The translations under genes were made by a program, and so were the position numbers. The notes beneath the pieces were generated by a model. That model saw nothing but the letters and a program-made list of their open reading frames with translations. It was not told the DNA's origin and did no database searches. A stretch of DNA of 64,000 nt from an uncultured Pseudomonadales bacterium (GTDB taxonomy: Bacteria > Patescibacteriota > Microgenomatia > UBA1400 > UBA12108): positions 53,250-117,249 of the forward strand of contig CAZZNJ010000001.1 in the NCBI GenBank assembly GCA_964655755.1, written 5' to 3'. This document shows, one piece after another, positions 49,253 to 59,051 of this stretch (position 1 is the first letter of the stretch; the number at the start of each line of letters is the position of its first letter).

Positions 49253-50149
49253 ATGTCCAACACTATGTCCACTCCCTCTGCCTCACCCCTGCTTCACACC
49301 CCCGTCCTCTTGCGCGAAGTCACTGCGATTCTGGATCCCAAACCAGGCAAAAAATATCTCGACGCCACTCTCGGCTACGGGGGCCACACCTTGGCGCTCC
49401 TCGAGGCTGGGGCCACAGTAGTTGGCATCGACCAGGATGCCGACATCCTCGAGCTCGCCCAAGCGCGGATTACCAAGGCAGGGCTGGCCGCCAACTTTAC
49501 GGCCATTCATAGCGCCTTCTCGACTGCGCTTGCTAGCGCTCGCCTCGCCTCTGCCGACTATAACGGGGTTATCTTGGATCTCGGGGTTAGTTCTTATCAG
49601 CTCGACACTCCCGAACGCGGCTTTTCCTTCCGTCACGACGCCCCGCTGGATATGCGGATGGACCAAAACCTGGCCGTTACGGCCAAAGATCTGGTTAATG
49701 GTCTCGGCAAAAACGAGTTACTCGAACTCTTTGAGACTCTGGGTGAAGAACACGCCGCCAAAAAAATTGTCGCCGCCATTGTTGAGACCCGCAAAAAGAA
49801 ACCCATCGAAACCACCACCGAACTCGCCAACCTCGTCGCCAAAAACGTCACTCGGAGCAAAAGCCACCTCCACCCCGCCACCAAGGTTTTTCAGGCTCTG
49901 AGGATGGCCGTCAACACCGAACGTGAGGAACTCAAGGCCGCTCTGCCCTCGGCCTGGAGTCACCTCGCCTCGGGCGGTGTCCTGGCCGTCATTACTTTTC
50001 ATAGTCTCGAAGAACAGCTCGTGCGCGCGTTCTTTGACTCCCTCCAAGACGCTGCTGAGGTCAGCGATGTTATTACCCCCAGCCTCGACGAGCAGTACGA
50101 CAACCGTCGCAGTCGTAGCGCCAAACTGCGCTATGGGAGGAAACAATGA
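49253..50149 (+). CDS. rsmH: 16S rRNA (cytosine1402-N4)-methyltransferase RsmH (MraW)
   Basis: HTPVLLREV...YLDATLGYGGH...DLGVSSYQLD. Confidence 0.9.
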   Translation: MSNTMSTPSASPLLHTPVLLREVTAILDPKPGKKYLDATLGYGGHTLALLEAGATVVGIDQDADILELAQARITKAGLAANFTAIHSAFSTALASARLASADYNGVILDLGVSSYQLDTPERGFSFRHDAPLDMRMDQNLAVTAKDLVNGLGKNELLELFETLGEEHAAKKIVAAIVETRKKKPIETTTELANLVAKNVTRSKSHLHPATKVFQALRMAVNTEREELKAALPSAWSHLASGGVLAVITFHSLEEQLVRAFFDSLQDAAEVSDVITPSLDEQYDNRRSRSAKLRYGRKQ

Positions 50150-50412
50150 AACTAGTCAAACTCTTAGGGGTCATCATTTTTGCCTTAATTATCGGCAATG
50201 TCATGTTGGCCAACAACGCCGTGGACGAGTCGGTCACAGTCAAGGCGATCTCCGCCGAAATCTCGGCCCTCTCGGACCAAAACTTGATCCTCAAGCAGCA
50301 GATCGCTGCCTTAGGGTCGCTCAACCACATCGCCCAAAAAGCCGAGGCGCTGGGTTACGTCGAAAACCCTCAGATCGTCAGTCTCTCCCACAGCTCGGTG
50401 GCGCTACGCTAA
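50146..50412 (+). CDS. ftsL: cell division protein FtsL-like (small bitopic membrane protein)
   Basis: 88 aa with an N-terminal TM and a coiled-coil. Sits between rsmH and ftsI. Confidence 0.55.
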   Translation: MKLVKLLGVIIFALIIGNVMLANNAVDESVTVKAISAEISALSDQNLILKQQIAALGSLNHIAQKAEALGYVENPQIVSLSHSSVALR

Positions 50413-50463
50413 AGTCGTGTTAAGCTTTATGTACTTTTTACCTATAACTTTATACTGTTAGGT

Positions 50464-52206
50464 ATGCGCCCACGAATCCAAGTATTTTTTTTAACGATCG
50501 TCCTCTTGCTCGCCGTCATTACACTGCGGCTCGCTTATTGGCAGCTTGTTAGGGGAGGGGAGCTCCGCGCCGAGGCGCGGCGGCAATACAGCGACAAAGC
50601 TATCGAGATTACCAAACGGGGGGAGATCATTAGTGCCGACGGCGCTGCCCTGGTGCTCAACCGCCCGGTCTACAACCTGGGGGTTTACCTCCCCGGCTAC
50701 ACCGGCGAAGTCCAGGCCTTGCCCACCCTCCTTAGCCAAGCGCTCGAGTACGAGATCACCGACCCGGCGATCGCCACCGACTCCCTGCGTGCCCCCCTGT
50801 ATTTAGCTGAGCTGCAGGCTTCTGCCAAGGCCACCATGAGCGCCCGGCTCAGTCGGGGCAGCGACTACGTGACCCTCGCCCAAAATATCAGTGAAGAGGT
50901 CAAAAACAAAATCCATCAAGCTGGGTTGACCGGCCTCACCTTTGACCAAGATTTTGCCCGCTCCTACCCCGAAGCTAGTCTCTCCGCGCACGTAACCGGC
51001 TTTGTCGGCCGGGACGAATCAGGTCAACCGCTCGGCTATTTTGGCCTCGAAGGTTACTACAACCGCGAGCTCACCAGTCGCTCCGCCGTCGAAGCCCTCG
51101 AAAAAGATGCTCTCGGCAATCCGCTCTTGACCGGTAGCTGGGAGCTTTTGCCCGGGCGCCTCGGCCGTTCCCTCAAGCTCCACCTCGATCGCGGGGTCCA
51201 ACACGCCGTCGTCACTGAGCTTAGTCGGGCCCTCGAGCGCTACGGGGCTGCCAGCGGGGAGGTCGTCGTCATGGATCCCTCGACCGGCGGGATCCTGGCC
51301 ATGGCTGCGCTCCCCACTTACGATCCCGCCCGCTTCTACCTCTACGATAGTTCGCTCTACAAAAATCCGTCGGTCGCCAATACTTACGAACCCGGCAGTA
51401 CATTCAAAGTCCTCGTGGCGGCGGCCGCCCTCAACGAGGGGGTCATCACCGAGCGTGACCAGTGCGACATCTGCGCCGGGCCAGTGACAATCGATAAATA
51501 TAGTATCAAGACCTGGAACGGGGAGTACAAACCCAACTCCACCCCCGAAGACATCATTGTCCACTCCGATAACACGGGCATGGTTTGGATGCAACGCAAA
51601 CTAGGTGGCGAAAAATTAGTCACTTACCTCAAAAATTTTGGTTTTGGCGAAAAAACGGGGATCGACCTCCAAGAAGAAGTTGTCTCCCCACTCAGAAGCC
51701 GATGGGGCGAAGTCGACTACGCCACGAGCTCGTTTGGTCAGGGGATAGCCGTTACGAGCATCCAGATGGTACGGGCGGTTGGCGCAATTGCCAACGCGGG
51801 TAAGCTCGTCGAGCCTCACGTCGTGGCCGAAGTCCTCGGCGAAACACCCCTGCCTATCGCCCCCAAAGTCACCCGGACAGTCATTTCCGAAGAAGCAGCC
51901 AAGCGGACCACCGACCTCATGATCAAAGCGGTCGAGTACGGCGAAGCCAAATGGGCCAAACCCAAAGGTTATACCATGGCGGGTAAGACCGGGACGGCTC
52001 AGATCGCCATTGATGGCCACTACGATGCCGAAAAAACTATTGCGAGTTTTGTCGGTTTTGCCCCCGCCCACAACCCCAGGTTTGTGATGCTGGTCAAGCT
52101 CCGCGAACCGCAGTCCTCGCAGTGGGGTAGCGAAACGGCTGCTCCCTTGTGGTTTGCCATCGCCAAGCGCCTGCTCCTACACTACAACATCCCCCCAGAT
52201 CAGTAG
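50464..52206 (+). CDS. ftsI: penicillin-binding protein (FtsI/PBP2-type transpeptidase)
   Basis: SxxK (STFK), HSDN (SxN) and KTGT motifs. N-terminal TM. Confidence 0.85.
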   Translation: MRPRIQVFFLTIVLLLAVITLRLAYWQLVRGGELRAEARRQYSDKAIEITKRGEIISADGAALVLNRPVYNLGVYLPGYTGEVQALPTLLSQALEYEITDPAIATDSLRAPLYLAELQASAKATMSARLSRGSDYVTLAQNISEEVKNKIHQAGLTGLTFDQDFARSYPEASLSAHVTGFVGRDESGQPLGYFGLEGYYNRELTSRSAVEALEKDALGNPLLTGSWELLPGRLGRSLKLHLDRGVQHAVVTELSRALERYGAASGEVVVMDPSTGGILAMAALPTYDPARFYLYDSSLYKNPSVANTYEPGSTFKVLVAAAALNEGVITERDQCDICAGPVTIDKYSIKTWNGEYKPNSTPEDIIVHSDNTGMVWMQRKLGGEKLVTYLKNFGFGEKTGIDLQEEVVSPLRSRWGEVDYATSSFGQGIAVTSIQMVRAVGAIANAGKLVEPHVVAEVLGETPLPIAPKVTRTVISEEAAKRTTDLMIKAVEYGEAKWAKPKGYTMAGKTGTAQIAIDGHYDAEKTIASFVGFAPAHNPRFVMLVKLREPQSSQWGSETAAPLWFAIAKRLLLHYNIPPDQ

Positions 52207-52233
52207 CCTAGTGTTACAATACAGTTTGCCTTT

Positions 52234-53526
52234 ATGACCACATCACCTTTTAGTCGTCAGCTCATCACCCTCCTGCGCCGCCTTAGGCCCCTCTTTCCCC
52301 AAACGCTGGTCAATTACTTGTGGCACTTGCCGCTGGCCTTTTTGGCTAGTCGGATGTACGGCAATCCGAGCGAAGGCTTAGAGGTGATCGCCGTCACCGG
52401 GACCGACGGCAAGACCACGACCACGAGTCTGATTTATCACATCCTCAAAATGGCTCGCAAAAAAGTCGCCATGATCAGCACTGTCGAAGCCAAAATCGGC
52501 AAAAAAAGCCTCGACACCGGCTTTCACGTTACTACCCCTGATCCCTTTTTGCTCCAAAAACTGCTGCGCCGGATCCGTTCCCAAAAAATCCGCTACGTGG
52601 TGCTCGAAGTGACTAGTCACGGCCTGGATCAGTTTCGCTTTTTCCCGATAAAACCCATGATCGCCGTCCTCACCAACATTACGCACGAACACTTGGATTA
52701 TCACGGGACGTACGAAAAGTATCGCAGTGCCAAACTGCGGCTTTTTCGTGGGGCGACTCACGCCGTGATTAACAAGGACCAGCCAGATTTTGCGGTCATC
52801 AACGCCTCCCTCCCCAAAACCCTTTTTTCGACCTACTCCCTCGTGGCCGAATCACAGCTTAGAGCCGAGGATCTGGTCGAAGGCGCCGACTCAACCACTT
52901 TTCGCCTGGGGCGGACGACCTACAAGCTCCCCTTGACTGGCCGCTACAACGTCAGCAACGCCCTCGCCGCCATCAGTACCGCCCTCCTCTTAGAGATCTC
53001 GCCTGCCGACATCAAGCGCGCGCTGCTCTCCTTCCCTGGCATTAAAGGCCGCTTGCAAGCCATCCCCAACTCCCGCGGGCTCAACGCCTACGTCGATTTT
53101 GCTCATACCCCCAACGCCTTACGCGAAGTACTGCAAAATCTCAAAGCCAAACTCGCGGCTGGCCAAAAACTCATCGTGGTTTTTGGGGCAGCTGGGCTCC
53201 GCGACGGCTCCAAACGACCACTCATGGGCAAGTACGCCGGGGAGCTCGCCGACCAGATTATCCTCACGAGTGAAGATCCACGCACCGAAAACCCGCTCAA
53301 GATCGCCCAGGAGATCATGTCCGGCATGACTCCCAGTGCCAAAAAACGCACCGTGATCGAACTCGATCGTGAGCGGGCTATCAGCCGTGCCCTCAACGAG
53401 TTTGCTAGTCCAGGTGATTGGGTGGTATCCTGTGGTAAAGGTCACGAAAACAGCATGAATCTCGATGGCTGGACCGAAACTCCCTGGTCCGACCAGGAAG
53501 CCATGGAAAAAGCCCTAAATTCATAA
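52234..53526 (+). CDS. murE: Mur ligase, most likely UDP-MurNAc-L-Ala-D-Glu:diamino-acid ligase MurE with shortened N-terminal domain
   Basis: P-loop TGTDGKTTTT at residues ~55-64, HEHLDYHG, and the MurE-like TSEDPRTENP (DNPR-type) motif. Confidence 0.55.
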   Translation: MTTSPFSRQLITLLRRLRPLFPQTLVNYLWHLPLAFLASRMYGNPSEGLEVIAVTGTDGKTTTTSLIYHILKMARKKVAMISTVEAKIGKKSLDTGFHVTTPDPFLLQKLLRRIRSQKIRYVVLEVTSHGLDQFRFFPIKPMIAVLTNITHEHLDYHGTYEKYRSAKLRLFRGATHAVINKDQPDFAVINASLPKTLFSTYSLVAESQLRAEDLVEGADSTTFRLGRTTYKLPLTGRYNVSNALAAISTALLLEISPADIKRALLSFPGIKGRLQAIPNSRGLNAYVDFAHTPNALREVLQNLKAKLAAGQKLIVVFGAAGLRDGSKRPLMGKYAGELADQIILTSEDPRTENPLKIAQEIMSGMTPSAKKRTVIELDRERAISRALNEFASPGDWVVSCGKGHENSMNLDGWTETPWSDQEAMEKALNS

Positions 53527-53542
53527 CTATTAACTAATAACT

Positions 53543-54292
53543 ATGAACTATTTACTAAAAAACACCGCTGCCGTCGTCCTCGCTGCTGGGCGCGGCACCC
53601 GGATGAATGCCAAACGCAAAAACAAGGTCGCCTTTAACTTAGGTGGCAAGCCAATGGTCGCCCATACGGTCGACCATCTCCACGAAGCCGGGGTTGGCCA
53701 GATCATAGCCGTCGTCGGCTTTGCGGCCGAAAGCGTCAAAGCTGCTCTGGGGAACCGGGTGCAGTACGCTAACCAGCCGACTCCTCTCGGGACTGGCGAC
53801 GCCCTCAAATCAGCCCTGCCGCATTTAGCGCCCAATATCGAGACAGTCCTCACTGTTTATGGTGACGACTCGGCGTTTTACCCCGTCTCGCTCTATCATG
53901 AGATGGTTGCCGAGCTCAAGACCCAAGGCTGCGATCTCCTTTTTTTGACGATTCACAAAGACGACCCGACGGGTCTTGGTCGGATTGTTCGCAGTCGTAG
54001 CGGGGAGGTCGAGCGCATAGTCGAAGAAAAAAACGCCACTGCAACAGAAAAAAAGATCCAAGAGATCAATACCGGGTTTTACTGTTTTAAGCGTGATTTT
54101 TTGGTCCAGCACATTAGCGAGATCAAAAAGAATCCCGTTAGCGGTGAGTACTACGCTACCGATATGGTCGAGATCGCTCTCAAGCACAACAAAAAGGTCT
54201 GCGCCTACTTTCGCCCAGATAGTTCGATTTGGCACGGGGTCAACAACCGCGGCGACTACTCACGTGCCCAAAAGAAAGCTCTTAATGCCTAA
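53543..54292 (+). CDS. GlmU N-terminal-domain-like sugar-1-phosphate uridylyltransferase (no LbH acetyltransferase domain)
   Basis: AAVVLAAGRGTRMNA..KV...GGKPMVAHTV is GlmU-like. It ends at a GVNNR linker-like sequence. Confidence 0.6.
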   Translation: MNYLLKNTAAVVLAAGRGTRMNAKRKNKVAFNLGGKPMVAHTVDHLHEAGVGQIIAVVGFAAESVKAALGNRVQYANQPTPLGTGDALKSALPHLAPNIETVLTVYGDDSAFYPVSLYHEMVAELKTQGCDLLFLTIHKDDPTGLGRIVRSRSGEVERIVEEKNATATEKKIQEINTGFYCFKRDFLVQHISEIKKNPVSGEYYATDMVEIALKHNKKVCAYFRPDSSIWHGVNNRGDYSRAQKKALNA

Positions 54293-55556
54293 GCATGCGT
54301 ACTTTATTGGGATCAAGGGAGTCGGCATGACTTCGCTCGCTCTGGCGATGCAGGATGCCGGTTGGCATGTCTCTGGGTGCGATACCAACGAAGTCTTTAT
54401 TACTGACGAAGTCCTAAACCAGCGCCAGATCGCCCTCTCTTTGCTGGGCGACCCAATCCCATCTTGCGACCTCATCATCCACTCTGCCGCCTATCCTGTC
54501 CCCACAACCACTATCCCAACCCAGACTCTGGCCCAAGCCTTGGCCGATTTTGTGGGGAGTCGTCGGGTGATCGCGGTTGCGGGCGTCGGCGGCAAAACCA
54601 CGACCAGTGCCATGCTCGCCGCCCTCTTTCACGCCGCCGGCCGCAACGTCGGCTACTACGTCGGCACTAGCACCATCGCTGGCTTGCCTGCGCCTGGGCA
54701 CGCCGGGACTGATCCCTATTTCGTCGTCGAAGCCGACGAATACGCAATTAGCAAAACCGACCCCCGCCCCAAGTTTGCGCTCCTCAACCCCGAGATCCTA
54801 ATTACCACCAACATTGTGCACGATCACCCTGACATCTATCCCACCCCCCAAGCCACCCTCCAAGTCTTTTCCGACCTAGTTTCACGCCTCCCCGCATCTG
54901 GCACCTGGATCTATCACCCTGACGACCCCCTCACGCTCCAGATCCTCAAAAATCGTAATCCGATCTGTCATCTTGTTCCTTACAACTTGGACCTCTCACC
55001 TCTGACCCTCTCCGTTTTTGGCGACCAAAACCAGCTCGATGCCCAAGCCGCGGTCCTCGCTGCCATCGCCGCCGGCCTACCCGAAAAAACCGCCAAACAA
55101 GCAATCCGAGCTTACCAGGGTGCTGGGCGACGTCAGGAAAGTCATGGCGAGGTTGCCGGTCGCTTGCTCTACGATGATTATGGCCACCACCCCGGCGAAA
55201 TCTCTCTCACCGTGGGTGCTTTCAAACAGCACTTTCCCACCCGCCGCGTTTTGCTGGTTTTTGAGTCACACACCTACACCCGCACCGAGAGTCTCCTGAG
55301 TGATTTTTGCCGCGCCCTCGCGACCGCCGACAAGACCTTTATCATGCCCATTTTTGAGTCCGCGCGAGAAATTGGCCAGGCTCACCAGATTACACCCACC
55401 TCCTTTGCCGCCAAAATCCCCGGCGCGACCGCCCTTACCTGGGCAAACGCCGCTTCGACTGTTTGGCAAGCGAGTCGGCCAGGTGATATCATCCTCACCA
55501 TGGGCGCTGGTTTTGTCTACAAACTGCACGAACAATTTAAAAAACTAGGTCAATAG
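54285..55556 (+). CDS. murC: UDP-N-acetylmuramate--L-alanine ligase
   Basis: YFIGIKGVGMTSLALAM and the P-loop AVAGVGGKTTTSAM. Start at the internal ATG (MPKHAYF). Confidence 0.8.
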   Translation: MPKHAYFIGIKGVGMTSLALAMQDAGWHVSGCDTNEVFITDEVLNQRQIALSLLGDPIPSCDLIIHSAAYPVPTTTIPTQTLAQALADFVGSRRVIAVAGVGGKTTTSAMLAALFHAAGRNVGYYVGTSTIAGLPAPGHAGTDPYFVVEADEYAISKTDPRPKFALLNPEILITTNIVHDHPDIYPTPQATLQVFSDLVSRLPASGTWIYHPDDPLTLQILKNRNPICHLVPYNLDLSPLTLSVFGDQNQLDAQAAVLAAIAAGLPEKTAKQAIRAYQGAGRRQESHGEVAGRLLYDDYGHHPGEISLTVGAFKQHFPTRRVLLVFESHTYTRTESLLSDFCRALATADKTFIMPIFESAREIGQAHQITPTSFAAKIPGATALTWANAASTVWQASRPGDIILTMGAGFVYKLHEQFKKLGQ

Positions 55557-55612
55557 TTATTTAGACTGCTTAATTATTGATAATTGGTTTAATTGGTTAT
55601 TATTCAGAATAT

Positions 55613-56539
55613 ATGAACATCCAACACTCAGTCCCCCTCGCCAAACACACCTACTTTAAGCTCGGGGGAGTTGCCGATTACTTTGTCGAGGCCAAAACGC
55701 GCGCGGAGCTAATCGAGGCTGTCCGCTACGCTCTCGCCCAAAAACTGCCCTACCTCGTACTCGGGGGTGGTAGCAACGTGCTGGTGAGCGATGCTGGTTT
55801 TCGCGGCCTGGTCATCAAAAACCGGACCTCCGAGATCCGCCTCAAAGGTTTTGCGGGCGGGGTAAACCAGGGCAAACTGGCGCTCAAAGAAGCCATCGTT
55901 CAAGCCGATTCTGGAGTTACCGCCAACTACCTGATCCGCTACACCCTGGACGAAGGACTTTCGGGCTTAGAGGACATGCTTGGTCTCCCTGGGACGGTCG
56001 GCGGCGCTGTTTATAACAACAGCCACCACTTGGACAAACTCTGGGGCGACCACATCACCGAAGTCGAGGTCCTCGATCGGGCCGGCAATCTCAAAACCTA
56101 CACTGCTGCCGAATGTCAGTTTGCCTACGACTATAGTATTTTTCACAAAACCAACGAGACCATTCTCTCAGCCAGTTTTCAGCTTACTCGTGGCGACAAA
56201 GCCGAGCTCTGGGCCCTCGCCACTGCGGCCGTCAAACGTCGCAGTAGTACCCAGCCGTTAGGCCAGCCCAGTTCTGGCTGTATGTTCAAAAACATTAGTC
56301 TCGCCGACAAGCTGCGCCTGGGCATCCCCACCCAATCGGCGGGTTACTTGATCGACAAGGCAGGTCTCAAAGGCAGTCGGGTAGGGGGTGCGGTCGTCAG
56401 CGATATCCACGCCAACTTTATCATCAACGACGGGACAGCCACCAGTCAGGATGTCCGCCAGCTCATTGCCGATCTAAAAGCCAAAATCAAAGCCAAGTTT
56501 GGTGTAACTCTCGTCGAAGAGGTTATAATACTGCCATGA
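55613..56539 (+). CDS. murB: UDP-N-acetylenolpyruvoylglucosamine reductase
   Basis: FAD-binding pattern YFKLGG.ADYF...LVLGGGSNVL and C-terminal SGCMFKN. Confidence 0.8.
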   Translation: MNIQHSVPLAKHTYFKLGGVADYFVEAKTRAELIEAVRYALAQKLPYLVLGGGSNVLVSDAGFRGLVIKNRTSEIRLKGFAGGVNQGKLALKEAIVQADSGVTANYLIRYTLDEGLSGLEDMLGLPGTVGGAVYNNSHHLDKLWGDHITEVEVLDRAGNLKTYTAAECQFAYDYSIFHKTNETILSASFQLTRGDKAELWALATAAVKRRSSTQPLGQPSSGCMFKNISLADKLRLGIPTQSAGYLIDKAGLKGSRVGGAVVSDIHANFIINDGTATSQDVRQLIADLKAKIKAKFGVTLVEEVIILP

Positions 56540-57849
56540 CTTCGTTTCATATAACCGGCGGCACTCCACTCAAAGGCGCTGTTCGCCTGGGTGGGGCGAA
56601 AAACGCCAGCTTCAAACTCTTGATTGCCGCGGCCTGCGCGACCGGCGAGTCGCGCCTGCTTAACATGAGCAAAATCGGCGATGTCGAAGTCACCTACAAA
56701 ACTCTCGAGGCTATCGGGGTAGCAGTGAGTCGCCCCGGCGACAACACCGTCTACGTTACTGGCGACGGTCTCAATACGCACATCATCCCCCAGTTTACCG
56801 GTGAAAAAACGCGGGCCGCAACCCTTTTTGCCGGCCTCTTACTCAACAAAAAAGGTCAGGCAGTCATCCCCCTCCCTGGAGGTTGTGCCCTGGGTGATCG
56901 CCCGGTCGAGCGACATCTCGATGGCTTTCGTGCCATGGGGGCTCAGGTTGACCTAACTGATGTCGGGATCGAGATGGCAGCTCCTAACGGACTCCACGGG
57001 GCAATCTATCGTTTTCCCAAAAAGTCTCACACTGGCACCGAAGCGTTAATTATTGCGGCTCTGCAGGCAGAGGGCAAAACCGTGATCGAAAACGCCGCTC
57101 TCGAGCCCGAGGTAGATGACCTCATTAGTTTTTGTCGCAAAATGGGTAGCGACATTCGCCGCGTAGGCGAGAATATCGAGATCATCGGTACCAAAAATCT
57201 CCATGGCGCCACCCACTACGTTATGTCCGATCGCAACGAAGCTGTCTCCTATGCTTGTATGGCAATCGCAACCCGCGGTGACATTATTCTGGAGGGTGCC
57301 AACGCCGACCATCTCCGTGCTTTCCTCACCAAACTGGAGGAAGTCGGGGGCCACTACGAAAGTTCTGATTACGGGATGCGCTTTTGGTACCAGACTCCCC
57401 TCAAAGCAGCCGACATCATCACTGCCCCCGAGCCTGGTTTTATGACCGACTGGCAGCCCCTCTGGACGACCATGATGACACAAGCAGTCGGGGTCAGCCA
57501 TGTCGTCGAAGCCGTGACTCAACACCGGCTCGCCTTTACCGAAGAACTCAACCAAATGGGTGCCAACATCACTTACTACGATCCCTCCCCCACTGATCCC
57601 ACCAGTTACTACGAGTTTAATTACCCCGAAAAAACCAGCTATCCCCACGCCGCCAGAATTACTGGCCCCACCCAGTTGCGGGGGGCCAACATGACAGTCC
57701 CCGACCTGCGTGGGGGCGCGACCTTGGTTATGGCTGCCATCATGGCCGAAGGGGAGAGTGTGATTGATAATGTCGAGCTGATCGACCGTGGATACGAAAA
57801 ATTTGACGAGCGCCTCGCCCAGCTCTCCGCCAATATTGTGCGCGTGTAG
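56536..57849 (+). CDS. murA: UDP-N-acetylglucosamine 1-carboxyvinyltransferase
   Basis: LGGAKNA...LPGGCALGDRPV (catalytic Cys loop). Confidence 0.85.
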   Translation: MTSFHITGGTPLKGAVRLGGAKNASFKLLIAAACATGESRLLNMSKIGDVEVTYKTLEAIGVAVSRPGDNTVYVTGDGLNTHIIPQFTGEKTRAATLFAGLLLNKKGQAVIPLPGGCALGDRPVERHLDGFRAMGAQVDLTDVGIEMAAPNGLHGAIYRFPKKSHTGTEALIIAALQAEGKTVIENAALEPEVDDLISFCRKMGSDIRRVGENIEIIGTKNLHGATHYVMSDRNEAVSYACMAIATRGDIILEGANADHLRAFLTKLEEVGGHYESSDYGMRFWYQTPLKAADIITAPEPGFMTDWQPLWTTMMTQAVGVSHVVEAVTQHRLAFTEELNQMGANITYYDPSPTDPTSYYEFNYPEKTSYPHAARITGPTQLRGANMTVPDLRGGATLVMAAIMAEGESVIDNVELIDRGYEKFDERLAQLSANIVRV

Positions 57850-57921
57850 CCTGACGATAAAAGCCGCCTGCGAAATCTTCTTCGCATACCCGCTAGTTAG
57901 ATGAAATAATCATTTCTAAAT

Positions 57922-58317
57922 ATGGAAGAAAAAACAAAAAAGGTTACAACTCGAGACACTCTGGTTTTGCTAAAGAGAGTGGTTAAATTGCAGGAAGGCT
58001 ATTCTGATAACTTGAGTGGGGTTGTTGATGCCCTAGGTGTGGTTACGCAATTTAACAAGAATCTAATCCCTACACTCCGATTGCTATCTCGAAGCATTGT
58101 AGGTTTAACCTTTTTTGTTTCTTATCTATTCTGGCGGGTTGTCTTAGGTGATCTAGTAGCTAATTTTTTCAACACCACATTTAGTTGGTGGCAAGGACTC
58201 TCCGAGGGATGGCAAATAGCTTTAGTTATGTTTGTCTTAGGTATACCGACGACAATTGGTACTGGTATAGCGATTACTGTTTTATCTAAAAAGATTAACA
58301 ACCCGCCATCGAAATGA
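57922..58317 (+). CDS. hypothetical small membrane protein (131 aa) in AT-rich insert
   Basis: ORF with two predicted TM helices. AT-rich. Confidence 0.35.
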   Translation: MEEKTKKVTTRDTLVLLKRVVKLQEGYSDNLSGVVDALGVVTQFNKNLIPTLRLLSRSIVGLTFFVSYLFWRVVLGDLVANFFNTTFSWWQGLSEGWQIALVMFVLGIPTTIGTGIAITVLSKKINNPPSK

Positions 58318-58586
58318 TTACTTCTTCGCTTACGCTCGACCATGTTGCACTCTCATTACGCTCGGTTTCAAGATTTTACCTCGCTCCATTCGGGTCATCT
58401 AACTAGCGCGTATGCGGCTTAGGGTCTTGCAGACCCACGCCCACATTTGGCGGTGAGATAGCACTAGCGTGCTAAAATTATCTCACTCGCCAGACTTGGC
58501 TTGCTCTGACGTTGTGTTAAATGTATTCGTACTATTTATATGTTTTTCGGTCACTTTTTGAACAAAAGTAAATATTGAGGAAAAAA

Positions 58587-58949
58587 ATGAGAGTAGAAGG
58601 AGAGCAAGAGTTTTTCTGTCCAGAAGCTGATCACAATGTGGTTTGTGATCTAGGCAAAACATCCCTTGTCGGTACCTCAGTATTTAATAATTACTATAGT
58701 GCTGATTATGTAACAATTCCTTTAGCGCAAGTTGCAACAGAAACTGTAGCGAGCACACAGAACAGATTTGGCGAAGACATGACTTTCATACTAGCTACAT
58801 GCCGAGAACTTGTAAATGGAACTTGTCCTTTTCAGCCTATGTGTTCTGGAAAAGTAGTTATAACGCCTCAACGAGATGAAACCTGTGTTGCGGCTGGTAC
58901 ATATTCTAAAGAGGATCCGTCTCGCACCCATAGGTTGTTGTTCGGATAG
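58587..58949 (+). CDS. hypothetical Cys-rich small protein (~120 aa) in AT-rich insert
   Basis: GAGGA SD 5 nt upstream of the ATG. 7 Cys residues. No recognisable domain. Confidence 0.35.
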   Translation: MRVEGEQEFFCPEADHNVVCDLGKTSLVGTSVFNNYYSADYVTIPLAQVATETVASTQNRFGEDMTFILATCRELVNGTCPFQPMCSGKVVITPQRDETCVAAGTYSKEDPSRTHRLLFG

Positions 58950-59051
58950 TACGCTACGAAACGTTCATCCCACCCCTAACCTCCTCTAACTCAAATCACT
59001 AATCACGTACATTGCGACTTTGATACACTGTTATTAAAAGGGGGTGATGTA

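Noticed and set aside
58418-58440. Hairpin GGGT-CTTGCAG-ACCC resembling a tRNA-Ala(UGC) anticodon arm
   Set aside because: The flanking sequence cannot form a D-arm, T-arm (no GTTCRANYC-like loop) or acceptor stem. So it is not a tRNA.
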